A stretch of DNA of 63,262 nt, filler included, from Folioceros fuciformis (taxonomy: Eukaryota): assembly GCA_049999805.1 (NCBI GenBank). It is 6 parts of 6 records of this genome, joined end to end, with 100 filler letters (N's around TTAATTAATTAA, not from the genome) between each part and the next. Parts side by side here need not be neighbours in the genome. Positions count along the whole stretch, not along the records: positions 10,196 to 14,182 come from JBNGIO010004175.1; positions 14,283 to 30,354 come from JBNGIO010004176.1; 4 more parts are not named here. The stretch is one strand, 5' to 3'. The first letter of the stretch is position 1. Every line of letters begins with the position of its first letter. The position numbers were made by a program, and so were the translations under genes. Shown piece by piece: positions 10,196 through 23,960 of the stretch. Under the pieces are notes generated by a model that made no database searches, was not told the DNA's origin, and worked only from the letters and a program-made list of their open reading frames with translations.

Positions 10196-13100
10196 AAATC
10201 GAGCACACACCATCACAGACTGGGCATCTTTTAAAGAGGCCTTGAAGAAGCAATTCCAACCTGCGAATGCTTCACGCTTGAGCCGGCAGCTGCTTGATAA
10301 TATAAAGCAGACATGACTGGGCTGCTAACAGAATTGAGTTGTATAGTCCAATGACCTTGGCAGAGGCCATAACAGCAGCAGATGCTATCCCAGATCCTTT
10401 CATTCCAACACATCCAACTCCTTAAGAAGATTTCGAGGTAATACCCATGGACGGTATATGCAGACTAGGGTTTCTTCCAACAATGTTGCAAGAGGGACTC
10501 CGAAAGATAATGAAAGAAGTACAGTTGCAAGAGGCAACTCCACTGCGAGCTTCCGTGGGAGAAATCGAGGAGTGCGCAGGGGGCGCGGACCTCAGAAAAT
10601 AGTGACAATGGGTTCTCGGGAAGGAGTTTGTTTTGCTTGTGGAGAGCCGGGACATTACGTGAATGAATGCCCCAATACTCAACAAACTTTGAATGTTGTT
10701 CAAGACAACCCACAGCCCCAAAGACTCAGGATTACAGAAGTATTCGGATCTGAAAATCCCAAATGACGGGATTGGCCACATGTTGCACAGGCTACATGTG
10801 GTGAGTCTCAAGATGCTGAGGACAACATTATTCACAGGCCAGGTGGAAAGCTCATGTATATAGAAGGATGTGTGAATCGTGAAGAAGCGAAGATGTTGCT
10901 TGATCTAGCAGCAACACATAATTTCATTTCTCNNNNNNNNNNNNNNNNNNNNNNNNNNNNNNNNNNNNNNNNNNNNNNNNNNNNNNNNNNNNNNNNNNNN
11001 NNNNNNNNNNNNNNNNNNNNNNNNNNNNNNNNACCATACAGATCGTAGGAGATGAAAAGCACAAAGTGAGTTGTGCAGTCCTTGAGCATCAGCTTGGGCA
11101 CAAGATTGATGAAGTCATCTCTAAGAAAGAGCTCAAGCGTTGTCTTAAAAATGGAGAGGAACTCTATTTGTTGGTGTTGCAAGGACTAGAAGATGGTCTT
11201 GAGATGGAATCTCAGAAGCAACCAAAGATTCTAAAGGAGATACAGGCTGTCTTAGACACTTTAAAGACTTGATGCCTACTGAGTTACCTCCTTTACCTCA
11301 ACGGAGAGTTGTAGATCATGAAATTGATCTAAAGCCAGGAAGTGTACCGCCATCAAGAGCGCCATATAGATTCATTCCAGATGAGCTTCAAGAATTGAAG
11401 AGACAAATGTCTAACTTGTTAGCCAAGGGCTATGTTAGAGTCTCAAAATCCCCATTTGGTGCGCCAGTATTGTTTACGCGAAAGAAGAATGGAGGATTAA
11501 GGTTATGCTTGGATTACAGAGCACTCAACCAGATAACAGTAAAAAATTCCTATCCTTTGCCAAGGATGGATGATATGTTTGACAGGTTGAAAGGTGCTAA
11601 GTATTTTACCAGACTGGATTTGATGGCTGGTTATTACCAGATTCGCATCGAAGAAGGACATGAATACAAAACTGCTTGTAGGACAAGGTATGGATCTTTT
11701 GAATTTCTAGTCATGCCATTTGGACTCACTAATGCACCAGCCACATTTCAGACTCTCATGAATAGTATATTCAAAGATCTGTTGGATGAGTGTGTTATGA
11801 TCTATTTGGATGACATTTTGATATTTAGTTCTACCTTAGAGGAACCCTAAACCATGTCCAACACTTGAGGAAAGTGTTGGAAAGGTTAAGGGCAAATTCT
11901 TTGTTCTTAGCTATAACAAAGTGTGACTTTGTTAAGGAAGAAATAGACTTCCTTGGATTCATTGTCTTTGCTGATGGAATCATGATGGATCCTGATAAGA
12001 TAAAAGCCATACAGAGTTGGCTGCCGCTAAGCAATGTGCATGAAGTGCGTATGTTTTTAGGATTGGCTAGCGTGTCCAGAAGATTTGTACCAATGTTTGC
12101 CAAAATTGCTGCCCCATTAACTGATCTCTTGAAGAAGGTGAAGACTTGGAAGTGGGATGAAGAATGTCAAAGGGCATTTGAGTTTCTCAAGTTGAAACTC
12201 AGCACTACCCTAGTACTAGCAATCTATGATCCAAAGAAATATATAGAAGTGTATACTGATGCGTCAGATACAGCTATTGGAGGAGTACTTATGCAAGAAG
12301 GTAGGCCAGTGGCTTACGAATCAAGAAAGTTGCATGAACATGAGAGGAAATACCCCACATATGAGAAGGAGATGACAGCCGTCATCAATTGTCTCAAGAT
12401 TTGGAGACACTATCTTCTTGGAAGATCTTTTGTGCTGTACACAGATAATGTAAGTACAAGCTTCTTTTCTAATCAGCTGCGACTAAATGCTAGACAAGCT
12501 AGATGGCAAGATTTCCTAGCGATGTATGATGTGGAGATTAAGTACAAGCCAGGGAAGGAAAATCTCGTGGCAGATGCTCTTAGTCGCAAGCAGGAGTTGA
12601 GTTTAATGTCTATTTTTAAGCTGAAGAATCCTAAGCTAGCTACAACACAGATGGTGATTGAGCCAAGGGACACTCACTCGCAGATTAAGGAGGCTTATCT
12701 ACGCGATCCATTAGTGCAAGATTGGATCAACGACATGGAGCAACCGGGGTCTAAGTTTAAGCTTAGAAATGGCTTGTTAATGTTCAAGCAAAACAGGATT
12801 GTGGTTCCTGATTCTCAAGAGTTGAGAAAAAGGTTGCTTGCAGAATGTCACGATGTGCTTATTACTGGTCATCGGGGAATTGACACAACTTATGAGAAGT
12901 TGAAGAAGCTGTTTTACTGGCCCGGAATGTACAAACATACTGTAGAGTATATGAAGTCTTGTGTAGACTGTCAGCAGGATAAAGTAGAGCAGACAAATCC
13001 ACGAGGTTTGTTGCAACCCCTGCCTATTCCAAGTGGGCCTTGGAAGAGTATATCAATGGATTTTGTTATGCCATTGCCACCCAATAATGGATACATAGCT

Positions 13101-14182
13101 ATCATGACAGTTGTTGATAGGTTCAGCAAGCAAGCACACTTTATCCCCACGAAAAAGCAAGTGAAGGCTTTAGAAGTTGCTCAATTATTTAAGAAGCATA
13201 TCTATGTGTTGCATGGATTGCCTATGCAAATTGTGAGTGATAGAGATCCCAGATTCACAGCGGAAATTTGGCAACAGCTTATGAAGAGCTTGGGAGTGCA
13301 ACTATGTCTAAGCACAGCATATCACCCTGATACAAATGGATCTACAGAAAGAGTAAACAGAATCCAAGAGGAATACTTACGACACTATGTACAAATGGAC
13401 CAGAGGAACTGGAGTAATCATCTTGAGGATGCAGAGTTTTGTTATAACAATACTGTACATAGCTCCACAGGCTATACACCTTTTCAGATGACAGGTAACG
13501 AAGCAATGGACGCAGTTTCCATGTTGAATGCTGATGTGTTTGAGACAGCAGCAAGAGAACCACGTGAATTTATTGAGCAGTTAAGGGCCAGACATGAAAT
13601 TGCTAAGAGGATTTTGGCCAAAGCTCAAGACAGGCAAAGGAAGTTTGCTGATAGGCACAGGAAAGAGGCAGAATTTCAAGTGGGCGACAAGGTTTGGGTA
13701 AAGTTGAAACACTTCCCAGTACCTCAAGGATTGTCCCCAAAGTTAAGGCCTAAGTATGGAGGTCCTTTTGTAGTTCTGAAGCGCATTGGGAATGTGGCTT
13801 ACAAACTACAACTGCCTAATTGGATCTTCTCTCATGATGTGTTTTATGTCTCTTTGCTGAAACCGTTTGTGATTTCGAAAGAGAATGAAGACATGAACCG
13901 GAAAGACTATGTTATCCTGGTTCAATATAACCATAGTCTGCAAGAGATTGTTGAATTTCTAGCAGAAAGAGAAGTGCCTTCTGTCCGTGGTAATGTTCTA
14001 GAGTATCTAGTAAGACTTCGTGATTTTGCAGATCCTGTCTGGGTTTCACTTCAAGATGTGCAACAAGGATCATGGATGATCTCACGTTATACTGCAGGTC
14101 ATTGAGGACAATGACATCTTCCTAGTGGGGGAGAGAGTAATGGCATAAGGTGGCATAAGTGAAACAAGGTGAAAGTTAAAAG
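10196..14182 (+). mobile_element. Ty3/gypsy LTR retrotransposon (chromovirus), gag-pol with a few disabling lesions
   Basis: Gag zinc knuckle CFACGEPGHYVNEC, protease LLDLAATHNFIS, RT ([29 protein letters not shown]), RNase H (YTDASDTAIGGVL), integrase HHCC and core (SMDFV, IVSDRDPRF), GPF motif and chromodomain-like tail (EYLVRLRDFADPVW). Order PR-RT-RH-IN. Polypurine tract at ~14124-14137. Stop and frameshift near 11850. Confidence 0.95.
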
Positions 14183-17100
14183 NNNNNNNNNNNNNNNNNN
14201 NNNNNNNNNNNNNNNNNNNNNNNNNNTTAATTAATTAANNNNNNNNNNNNNNNNNNNNNNNNNNNNNNNNNNNNNNNNNNNNAAAATAGCCTGCGTGACT
14301 GCATCATTTTACCCCTTCCATCACAGCTTGAGTCACGGCGCGATGAAACGTGTCGAAAGGGAACTTTACATGCGAGGAAGATGCCTTGAGAAGATGATGA
14401 GAAGAGTCTGTGATTCCTCTGAGGTCAGCTCTGGCAGTACCACTACAATATGAGCGAAGGTGCATAAAATATGCATCATATCTTCATTTGCCACACATTC
14501 CTGGCGCTCCGTACGTTAGGGCTAGTGGTCTAATCTGAATGGAAGCACCATTGCCGCTTTCGATCGTTCAGTTGAGCAGATTTGCAGGCTTCCAGGTGTG
14601 TCTGTTGACTGGAGGCAGGTTCCTTCTTCGTAGGGGAGTACATAATGCTGCGGCTTTGTCATCCACGAGTTGAGCTGATAGGCTGGCCTATGTGTTTGAT
14701 TGGACACCCTGCATATGGCTAGCTAGCCGCACATGTCGAAGACGGCATGCCTGCCATACCTGTGTGGTGCTTGATGCTGTTATGAGCCGTGGCAAGCTGA
14801 TGACTGCTAATCACCTTCACGACATGGTCATGGCGCCACAAATCATGTGATTTACATCTGAAAGACACTTTGAGGAGTGCGACACCTGTGCAGATTTAGC
14901 TGTCTACTGTTATGTGGAATTGGCGTGACGTGAACAAGTGACAGGCAGGGGAGGAAGGAGATGCAGATTCACACACTGTCAGGTGTCATTTGCACACAAT
15001 CGACGGGCTTTGAGGCGTTGAGCAGTAACAGTGACAAGCAGGGAATGAGAGTGGTTAATTCAGACTGTTCCTTTGTGTCCTGCCTTGAAGGCAAGCAGTG
15101 GCGCTGCTGTTCACTCGAAAGAGGAGGGTGCCGATAGTGCTGAACGGGTGGTTGGGAGATTTAGGGGTGGATAATATTTCATGAAGGTTCATACCGACGT
15201 CATATGAGTGAGTGCCTACATGCCCAGGAAAGCGATGGGTAGAGAACTGGTAGCCGCAACAGGATTGATTGGCCCTAGGGTTTTTTTTTACAGCTTTTGG
15301 GGAGGATGATTCCAAAGAAGTGGTGCCCGTGCCCGTCCCCGTCCGAGGAGACTTGAACAGGGGTGGTGTGAACTGCGTCCCGAGAGAGCCGAGACCGCGT
15401 TCCGCGGCTCCAAGTGTTGGCGTTCCCGGCCTCGAGTCAATGTATGGAACCCGGGAGACACAGCGATATGCATATGCACATGTACAGATGTACATGTGAA
15501 TGAGATGGATTTGTACGTAAAGTGGTAACGGGATACGTAATGTGTTGGCGGAGCGTTAGCTGGGCGATGGTGGAGAGGCAGTGGAGGCCGGCAGGCGAGC
15601 GGTTGGGAGAAAGCGGCTCGTGGTACATGGCAAAGCGGCTCCCGGTTAATGGCAAAGTGGTTCCAGCAAGAAGAGGGAGGAGAACGTAAGTTCGTCAGGG
15701 CCCAGGCTCAAGGACGGGGGACACTGGGCGTGGGCGGAGAGCTCACCTAGGCTGGCCTGGACCGGTCCTTTGGATTAGGGTTTTGGTGTAGTACAATGGA
15801 GGGCCGGCCGGCCGGCAGGGATGATGTGTTCTTTCACCGCTGGTGCTACATTGGAGCTTTTGTCATGCGCGTCCAAATCGGGCAGTTGATCCGCTTGGTC
15901 ATGCGTAATATCCGACTCGCGTGATACGAAGGCATTAGATGGGGTGGCTTCCTTCTGTTGGCAAATCCACCTGAGGGTTGGGGAGGCTGGGATAAGAGCA
16001 AGGACATGCGGTACCAGGCAAGACAGCAGGCCGCATGGGTTTGAAGAGCAACGTTTGGTGAGTAAGTACAGCACAGCGGCTGGAATTGGAGGTGGAATGT
16101 GTAAGCACAGAACACAAATCAAGTGTCATGATAGCGGGAGACGGAGCAGCAGCGATGGAGACAAAAGGAGTGGTGTGGAGCGAGATCTGGTTGGTTCAGC
16201 CATATCGTCCAGACCAGGCTAGTGTAGCTTTTAGCTTCCCTCCCTTCTTCGGCCTGCTTTGTCGGGCCGCACGCTTTCTGAGGACACACAAGCCAAGCTC
16301 GCCTCTCATGTGCGTGATGATGCTTTGATGCCATCGGCCCGGCGCAGACTGACCTCAGTCTTTTAGTGGAGCCGAAATCTGTAGGCTGCATCGCATGATT
16401 CCTTTATCAGACGCGGGCTGCCCGCAAGCCGAGAAGTGAAAGGCAGCAGCAGTCAAGTCTGGTCGTCTTCCGCGTCCGTTCCAGCACTGCCCTTCCTTTC
16501 CTTTTCCTTTCCTGTCCCTTTTGCATGCTTTTATGTTGATGCATGCAGAAGCCAGGGTTTGTCTCCGGGTGGGGATGGTGTTGGGTCTGGGCCTAGGGCA
16601 GGGGCCTGGAGCCTCCCTGGGACAGAGTGCACGTGAGGCGTGATGAAATGGGCATCTTCAGGTCCGGCCGGTGCTCCAGCCGGGTCCGCAGATACATACA
16701 TACAAACCAAGTTCCAGTTCTCCTTTTTTCGCTCCTGTTTTTGTAGTAGGTACAAGTTCCGACAAGCTGCTTGCAGCCGTTTGCCGTTGCGTTGTAGGTA
16801 TGAGAACGATTTTTTTTTTTGTGTAAAGCCGGCCGCGATCGGAGCCGGAGCCGAGGCCGATGCCGCTGCCGCTCCCGTGGCCTGCTGGCGGGGCAGCGGG
16901 GGCAGGGGATCGGCACAGAAGCCGCTGCCTTTGTCGTGAATAAAGAAACGCCTTCCGTGGAGGCAGCTGGCCCTTGCTCTGAGGCGGAGGCGGAGGCTGG
17001 GCTGAGAGGCTGGCGCTCGCGCTCCATTTTTCTTGCAAGCCTATTCCATGTTTTTTTTCTTGTAGTTTTCTCCATCGAGGCCACCTGCTCCCACTGCCTC

Positions 17101-17691
17101 CCTTCCTCCCTCCATGCTTGCTTGCTTCCTTGCTTCCTTCCTTCCTTCCTTCCTCGCTTCCTTCCTTTCTTCCTTCCTTCGTGTGTACTAAACGACAGCA
17201 GCTAAAACAGCAAAGTAGTGGTAATGACGTACCCTGTGGGTATGTACATGTACATGGTACTGGAAGAGAGGATGGGAAGAAACCAACTTGCATGTGGCAT
17301 GCCCGGTGCAGGTGTGGCGGGCTCCAGCCTCCCAGCCCCTGGCATTGGCCCCGGCCACGCTGCAGACGTGGGGGCGTGTGCGATGCGCATCACAGGGGCG
17401 GTGTCGGAGTCGGACGGACTGCCACTACTGGAACCGGGACTTGGACTCATTTCCTTGACCAGAGGTCTCTCACCCCAGGTCCCTCCTGGCGTCAGAAGTG
17501 TTCTTCAGACGCAGAGCCAAACAGGAGGAGGCAGAGGTGAAGTAATCGACGACACCCGGTTCGCGGCGACCAGGTCCTTGGGCCCCGCCTTGTACCGAGC
17601 CAGCCGGTGCCGCGTCCTCTCCAGCTTGGAGCCGGGAGACACGCAATCGTGACTACTACCATCTCGAGCATTCGTCCGCATTCCGAGTGTG

Positions 17692-17753
17692 TCCGACTCT
17701 AACTCCGCCTCCGACTCCAACTCCGCCTCCGACTCCAACTCCGCCTCCGACTC
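17692..17753. repeat. 18-bp tandem repeat (CCGACTCCAACTCCGCCT), ~3.5 copies
   Basis: Directly visible. Confidence 0.85.
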
Positions 17754-18248
17754 CCAAGGCCTCGATTCTCTCCCAAATGCGCTGCCCTAACCTCTCCCCT
17801 GAACTTTCTCCAACAGCGGCACCCGCACGCCGTTCGGAACGCCTGGGACTACCGGCGATCGACAGGCAATCTGAGAGGCCCACACAAGTGAGGCATGTGC
17901 GTAACACCAGGCACAGCAAATGCGGTGTGTGTGTCCGTGCCCTCCACGGCGGCAGCGGCAGGGGCACGGACCGGACTGGACGCCAAGCCTGAGGGATGCA
18001 GCCGAGCCGAGCCGAGCAGAGCCGAGCCGCACAGCGCTCCAGCTGAGACCTGGAGCCGAGCTAGAGCTCGAGCTCGAGCTCGAGTTCCCGCCGGAGCGAA
18101 GGGGTTTGGTCCGCGCCAAAGAGACGTCTGCAAGTCCTTCCCCTGACCNNNNNNNNNNNNNNNNNNNNNNNNNNNNNNNNNNNNNNNNNNNNNNNNNNNN
18201 NNNNNNNNNNNNNNNNNNNNNNNNNNNNNNNNNNNNNNNNNNNNNNNN

Positions 18249-18445
18249 GCCTGGGGCCCTGACCCTCGTGAGTCCTCTGAGGCCAGGTGAGTGGAGTGGA
18301 GTGGAGTCGAGGCGAGTCGAGACGAGTCGAGTCGAGTCGAGCCTGGGGCCCTGACCCTCGTGAGTCCTCTGAGGCCAGGTGAGTGGAGTGGAGTCGAGGC
18401 GAGTCGAGACGAGTCGAGACGAGTCGAGTCCAGTCCAGTCCAGTC
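18249..18445. repeat. Tandem ~92-bp unit containing pentamer microsatellites (GAGTG/GAGTC), next to a gap
   Basis: GCCTGGGGCCCTGACCCTCGTGAGTCCTCTGAGGCCAGGTGAGTGGAGTGG... occurs at 18249 and 18341, each copy followed by (GAGTC)n. Confidence 0.8.
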
Positions 18446-20036
18446 GGGCACGGCTTCCGTAGGCCAAAACTAGACATTTCCGATTCCCAATGCCGATACC
18501 CCCTACCGGTCGCAGCCCGGCGTGGCAGTGGCAGTGGCTGTACAAAGGCCTGGAATAATACACAACGGTTAATGTATTCATATGTGTATAAAACAAAGAG
18601 AGGGCAGCGGTTGACTTGGATACCCGCGCGAGCGAGTCCCCGCCAAGTTCCGGCTGCGCTGCTCATGACAGACGAGACATGAGTAAAGAAACCTGGAAAA
18701 ATGGCTGAAAATGGAAAACCGTGTGATGGAGTAATGGAGGGTTGGTGCGGGCACAACAACAGTGCAGTGCGTGCACTCAAGCCGGACTAAATTCGCGTTT
18801 AAGCTGCTGTGTGAACGCAGCAGCGGGCAGTGACCTGGCTGGTAAGCCCGGCAAGCACGAGGCTTGGATAGAGGGGACACCGGCCCCAGCCGGTGGCCCC
18901 CGCGGACCAGCGCAGGCCAGGCCAGCCCAGCCCAGCCCAGCCAAACCCTGCCCAGTCCACTCCAACCCAGTCCAGTCCAGCCCAGACTAGCATCCGCCCC
19001 GGGACGCAGTCGCAACGAAGGAAGAAAGGGAGAAAGAAAAGAAAGAAAGAAAGACTAACAGAGTGAGGCTACGCGCGAGTGAGCGAGTCATCAGTCGCAC
19101 AGCTAGCAAGCCACGCCCCGCCCGGAAGGGGGGTCAGCAGAGACGAGGCGAGGCGCGACGAAGACGAGACGAAGACGACCTGCCGGCCTGCCACAGATCT
19201 GCGTTCTCGCTTCCGGCCCAGGGATCCCCGCGTTTCCAACTTCCGCACCTCCTTCCTCCGTCTTGTTCTGTGGTCTCGAAAGCAGGACGGAGCCCGCATG
19301 TTCTTCGCCCTGACCCTCGCGCTGCTGCTGCTGCCGCTGCTGCTGCTGCTGCTCCCTTTTTATCCCACACCCTGCTGCTGGCTGCAAACAACATCCTTGT
19401 CTCCTGCTTCTCCGCTTTTCTCTTTTCTTCTCTTCTCTCCTATCCTCTCCTCTCCTCGCTCACCCCTCCACTCCTCTCCGTTCCTCTGGAGCCATCTTGG
19501 GCTTGGCCTTCCTCTGCTCTGCTCTCGCCGAGTGTACGGCCATTCTAGCAGGAGCGGCGTCGAGGGCGTGATTCGCCGCAGTGACGTGTGTGGCAGCGAG
19601 GACTGGACTGGACTGGATGCCGGCAGGGAGGGCAGGCGGAGTGTGCTGCTAATTCGCGGCAGGAGCGGGGAGCGCCCTCCGGGCGTTTGTGGCATGAGAG
19701 TGTTGTGGGTTTGAGAGGACTGCTGGGGCCTTGTGTGGCGGATTGCCCCGACGGGCTGCCGAGATCGGGGCTGTGGGGGACTGTGCGGCTGGGAGGAATT
19801 GATTGATGAAAGAGGAGGAACATAAATGCGCTGCGCCTACAGGTGTTTGCCTGCTGCCTCCACCACCTGCTGCCTTGCGTTGCCTTGGCTTGCGCTACCT
19901 CCGTGCTGTGGTGGAGGAGACGCCTTGCAGTGCGCTGCGGTGCGGGCAGGGATTTGTTGCCACGGACCGACGAGTAGTACACTAGAAGTAGACTACACGA
20001 GACAAGTGGGCTGCGTTGGCCCCGGGGACGGCCGCA

Positions 20037-23000
20037 ATGGCGCACGGTAAGCCGCCCGTGGGCCGCACCGACAGTGCGCGCTCCCACGTCCTCGACATGG
20101 AGTTGATGTCTGTGGGCAGTGGGAGCACCAGCACCAACAACTCCGGCCAGTTGCACTGGCAGCTGCCGGAAGCCATGGCCAGAGATCGGGCCGATCGGGA
20201 TCGAAATGACGACGGCATGCTGGAGGTGATGCTGGACGTGCACAACGACTCCGTCATTCTGCGGGGAGTACACCCGCCGCCCGGGTTGAGTTTGAGTGGA
20301 AGCACGGGGGACAGCGGCCCGCTCAGCTTGTGGGCCTCCACCAATGCGTCTTCCAGCTTCTCCGGCCCGATCAGCAGGACGGAGAGTCTGGGGGAGGAGA
20401 TGGAGCAGCACGTCGCCACGCTGCTTGGGGATGGCTGGGACAGGAAGCCCGGGACCTCCTTCAAGAGATCCGCCTCCGCAAGGATGAAGCAGATCTCGCA
20501 GGGGATAGGTAGGCTCTCCAGAAACAGCTCTTCGGCCAGGGTGAAGTCTGTCACCGGGGACCCCAACGGGCCCAGGATGGTGCGCTCCGTCTCCAGCGCC
20601 GAGCACGCACTCGAGGGGCTACGCTTTATCAACAAGGCCACCATCTCCGACGACCAGAAGTCCAAGTGGGAGGAGGTGGAGCAGCAATTCCACAAGCTCA
20701 AGGGACCGGATGGGAGGCTGGCCAGGGCGGACTTTGCTAACTGTATAGGTGTGTGTCACATGATGGAGCCCGCCTCCGGACCCCTCTTTCTCGGCTTCCT
20801 TTCCTTTCCTTGCCTTCCCACACTCACACATTACCCTGCCTTGGCCTTTCGCTCTTCCTCTTCGTTCTTGCAGGAATGAAGGACACCAAGGAGTTCGCCC
20901 ACGAGCTGTTCGATGCCCTCACCAGGAGGAAGGGGCTCAAGGTCCAAACCATCAGCAAGGACGACCTTTATGATCTTTTCCTGCAGATTACGGACCAAGG
21001 CTTTGATTCTCGAATGCAGATCTTTTTCGACTTGTGAGTAGTTACCCAGCCCCAGCCTGCACCCCACACCAGCATTCCAACTTTCTTGCTGCCTTTCCCA
21101 AGCATATAGCTCTTCCCATTTGCTTTTTGCCTCATTTCGCGCTCTGCTGCAGGTGTGACAAGAATGGGGATGGTCGTATCACGGAGGAGGAAGTGAAGGA
21201 GGTGTTGATGCTCAGCGCTGCCGCCAACAAGCTGTCCAAGCTCAAAGAGCAGGCTGAGGAGTATGCAGCGTTGATTATGGAGGAGCTGGATCCTACGAAC
21301 CAAGGCTTTATTGAGGTGGGTACTTGCCATGGCCATCGCATTCACAGGCCTAATGCCTTTCCTTACTTCCCAAAACAGTTTTTCACATGCTTTTATGTCT
21401 TTTGCGCTGCTCCCTGACCCCACCCGTGTTCTCTTTTTTGCCCGCAAATCGTGGCAGCTCTACCAACTGGAGACGTTGATGCACGGGCCTGTCGGCGGCG
21501 TTGGTAGGGAAGCAGTGTTGCAGTACAGCCAGACGCTTGTGCCTCAGAGGCAGAGCAACAACTTCGTGCTCTACACTCGCCACACCCGCTTCTTCCTGCA
21601 GGAAAATAAACGGCGATTATTTATTGTTCTTTTATGGATTTTGGCTATGGTGGCCCTTTTCACCTGGAAGTTCCTTCAGTACCGCCGGAGGAATGCATTC
21701 CATGTTATGGGCTACTGTCTGAGCACGGCTAAGGGTGCTGCTGAAACTCTCAAGCTCAACATGGCAATCATTCTGTTGCCAGTATGCAGGAACACCATCA
21801 CCTGGCTTCGCTCAACCTTCTTGGGGAAAGTAATCCCCTTCGATGACAATGTGAACTTTCACAAGGTGCCACATCTTTTGAATTTTTGCTGCCCCCGTCC
21901 CTGGATTTTTTTTCCTCTCCGCGTCTGTGCTCACAGTGGGCGGTTTTGCCTGGCCAGGTCTTAGCGACCGGCATTGCGTTGGGAGTGCTGGTGCATGGAG
22001 GGGTTCATTTGGCGTGTGACTTTCCCAAAGTAGCTGCTGCTCCCTACGAGAAGTTCAATAGGAATCTTGGCGATGACTTCAAGCACAGTCAGCCCGACTA
22101 CGTCTTCTTCCTCATGAGCGTCGAGGGCATCACTGGAATAGCCATGGTTATCCTCATGAGCATAGCTTTCTCTTTGGCTACTCGGTGGTCTCGACGCAAC
22201 CTTGTGAAGTTGCCCTGGCCGTTCCACAACATGACAGGCTTCAATGCCTTCTGGTACTCACATCATCTCTTCGTGCTCGTCTACATCCTGCTCATCATCC
22301 ACTCGGTCTTCCTCTTCATGGCACACGGCTGGCGACAGAAGACGGTAAATACCATTTGTCCACTGGTTTGCCTTCTGCCGACAGGGACGGCGTTATGTTC
22401 TTCTGTCATGGCTCAATGCTTGTGCTTCTGTGATGGCAGACGTGGATGTACCTTTCTGGCCCGTTGCTCCTCTACATTGGGGAGAGAACTCTTCGGGCTT
22501 TCCGTGCGGGAAGATATCATGTGAAGATCGTCCGGGTATGTCTCTTGAGCAATGTCCATGTCGTCGTTGTTTCCGCTTGCTACTCACTGTGACTCATGAA
22601 TCTGCTGTCTGTTTGCTCTCCAGGCGGCAGTCTACCCTGGCAATGTGCTAGCCTTGCACATGACCAAGCCACCGGGATTCAAATACAAAAGTGGGATGTA
22701 CATGTATCTCAAGTGCCCTCCGATCTCAAGCTTCGAGTGGCATCCTTTCTCGATCACATCCGCTCCTGGTGATGACTACCTCAGTGTGCACATCCGTACC
22801 CTAGGAGACTGGACCAAGGAGCTGAGGAGAATATTCCAAGAGGCCAACGAGTCAGCACACAAGAATGGTCTGCAGACTCGGAGTGGCAACTTGCGAACCA
22901 TGTTGGACACACGGTACCCACCATCAACGTCTCACGCTTCTTCACTGTCGCACTTGCTTGCTTCCCTCAACTGTGCTGCACTCGCTTCCGACCAATAAGA

Positions 23001-23960
23001 ACTGACTCTTGTGCCTCGCTAACAGATCTTTCCCACGGCTGGAAATCGACGGCCCGTACGGGGCTCCCGCGCAAAACTACAAGAAGTATGACGTGCTGCT
23101 CCTTGTAGGGCTCGGCATCGGTGCCACCCCTTTCATCAGCATCCTGAAGGATTTGCTCTACGGCTTCAAGGAGGACTCTGCTCAAGTAAGTCCCGACAAA
23201 TTGGCTGTTTTGCACATACAAAAGCCATGCGCACTATCCCCTCCTCCTCTCCTAACACAGTGGTGACTGACTTTGCAGTCAGACACCTCCTTCGACTCCT
23301 CCAAGCCAGACGAGAGTCCTGGGCCCAAGAAAAAGAGGAAAGGGCCTACCAACGCCTACTTCTACTGGGTGACAAGAGAGCAAGGCTCCTTCGAGTGGTT
23401 CAAAAACGTGATGAACGAGGTGGAGGAGAACGACCACAAGCAAGTGATTGAGATGCACAACTACCTCACCAGTGTGTACGAGGAAGGGGATGCCAGGTCT
23501 TCCCTGATTATGATGATTCAGGCTCTGCAACACGCTAAGAACGGCATCGACGTTGTGTCCGGCACAAGGGTATGTACCTCCATCGTCAAGATGTGCTTTC
23601 TTGGTGACGCCGTCAAACTGCATATTTCCGTCCAAACCATCGTGTCTCACGTGTGCGTGTTGTTCCAGGCCCGAACACACTTCGCAAGGCCAAACTGGAA
23701 GAAGGTTTTTTCAAGGCTGGCAGCTACACATCGAGGCGAGAGAATTGGTGAGTCCCGGCATCGCGCTTGTGTGCCCGGATCTGTGTTTAAACCCGAGACC
23801 TACTGGCCCGTGACTAAAACGTTGCCGTGCTGCTTGGTTTCCTGTCACAGGAGTGTTTTATTGCGGATCTGCTGTGTTAGCCAAGGAGTTAGACGCACTA
23901 TCGCGGCACTACACTCAGAAATCCAACACTAAATTCAAGTTCCACAAGGAGAATTTTTAG
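20037..23960 (+). CDS. RBOH: Respiratory burst oxidase homolog (NADPH oxidase); 11 exons: 20037-20748, 20874-21033, 21153-21315, 21458-21865, 21958-22344, 22440-22535, 22624-22913, 23026-23185, 23279-23569, 23669-23747, 23851-23960
   Basis: N-terminal [10 protein letters not shown]-hand [38 protein letters not shown] motif [38 protein letters not shown] and C-terminal FHKENF*. All introns are GT-AG. Confidence 0.97.

Noticed and set aside
16500..19990. Many overlapping ORFs upstream of RBOH, including a signal-peptide-like MFFALTLALLLLPLLLL at ~19298
   Set aside because: Explained by high GC and microsatellites such as (CTG)n; all frames are similarly open and none shows a protein motif.
14283..20036. 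Conserved plant miRNA, tRNA or rRNA genes in the long intergenic regions
   Set aside because: By eye I saw no match to the deeply conserved mature miRNAs and no cloverleaf. An Infernal/Rfam and tRNAscan-SE run would be needed to exclude them.
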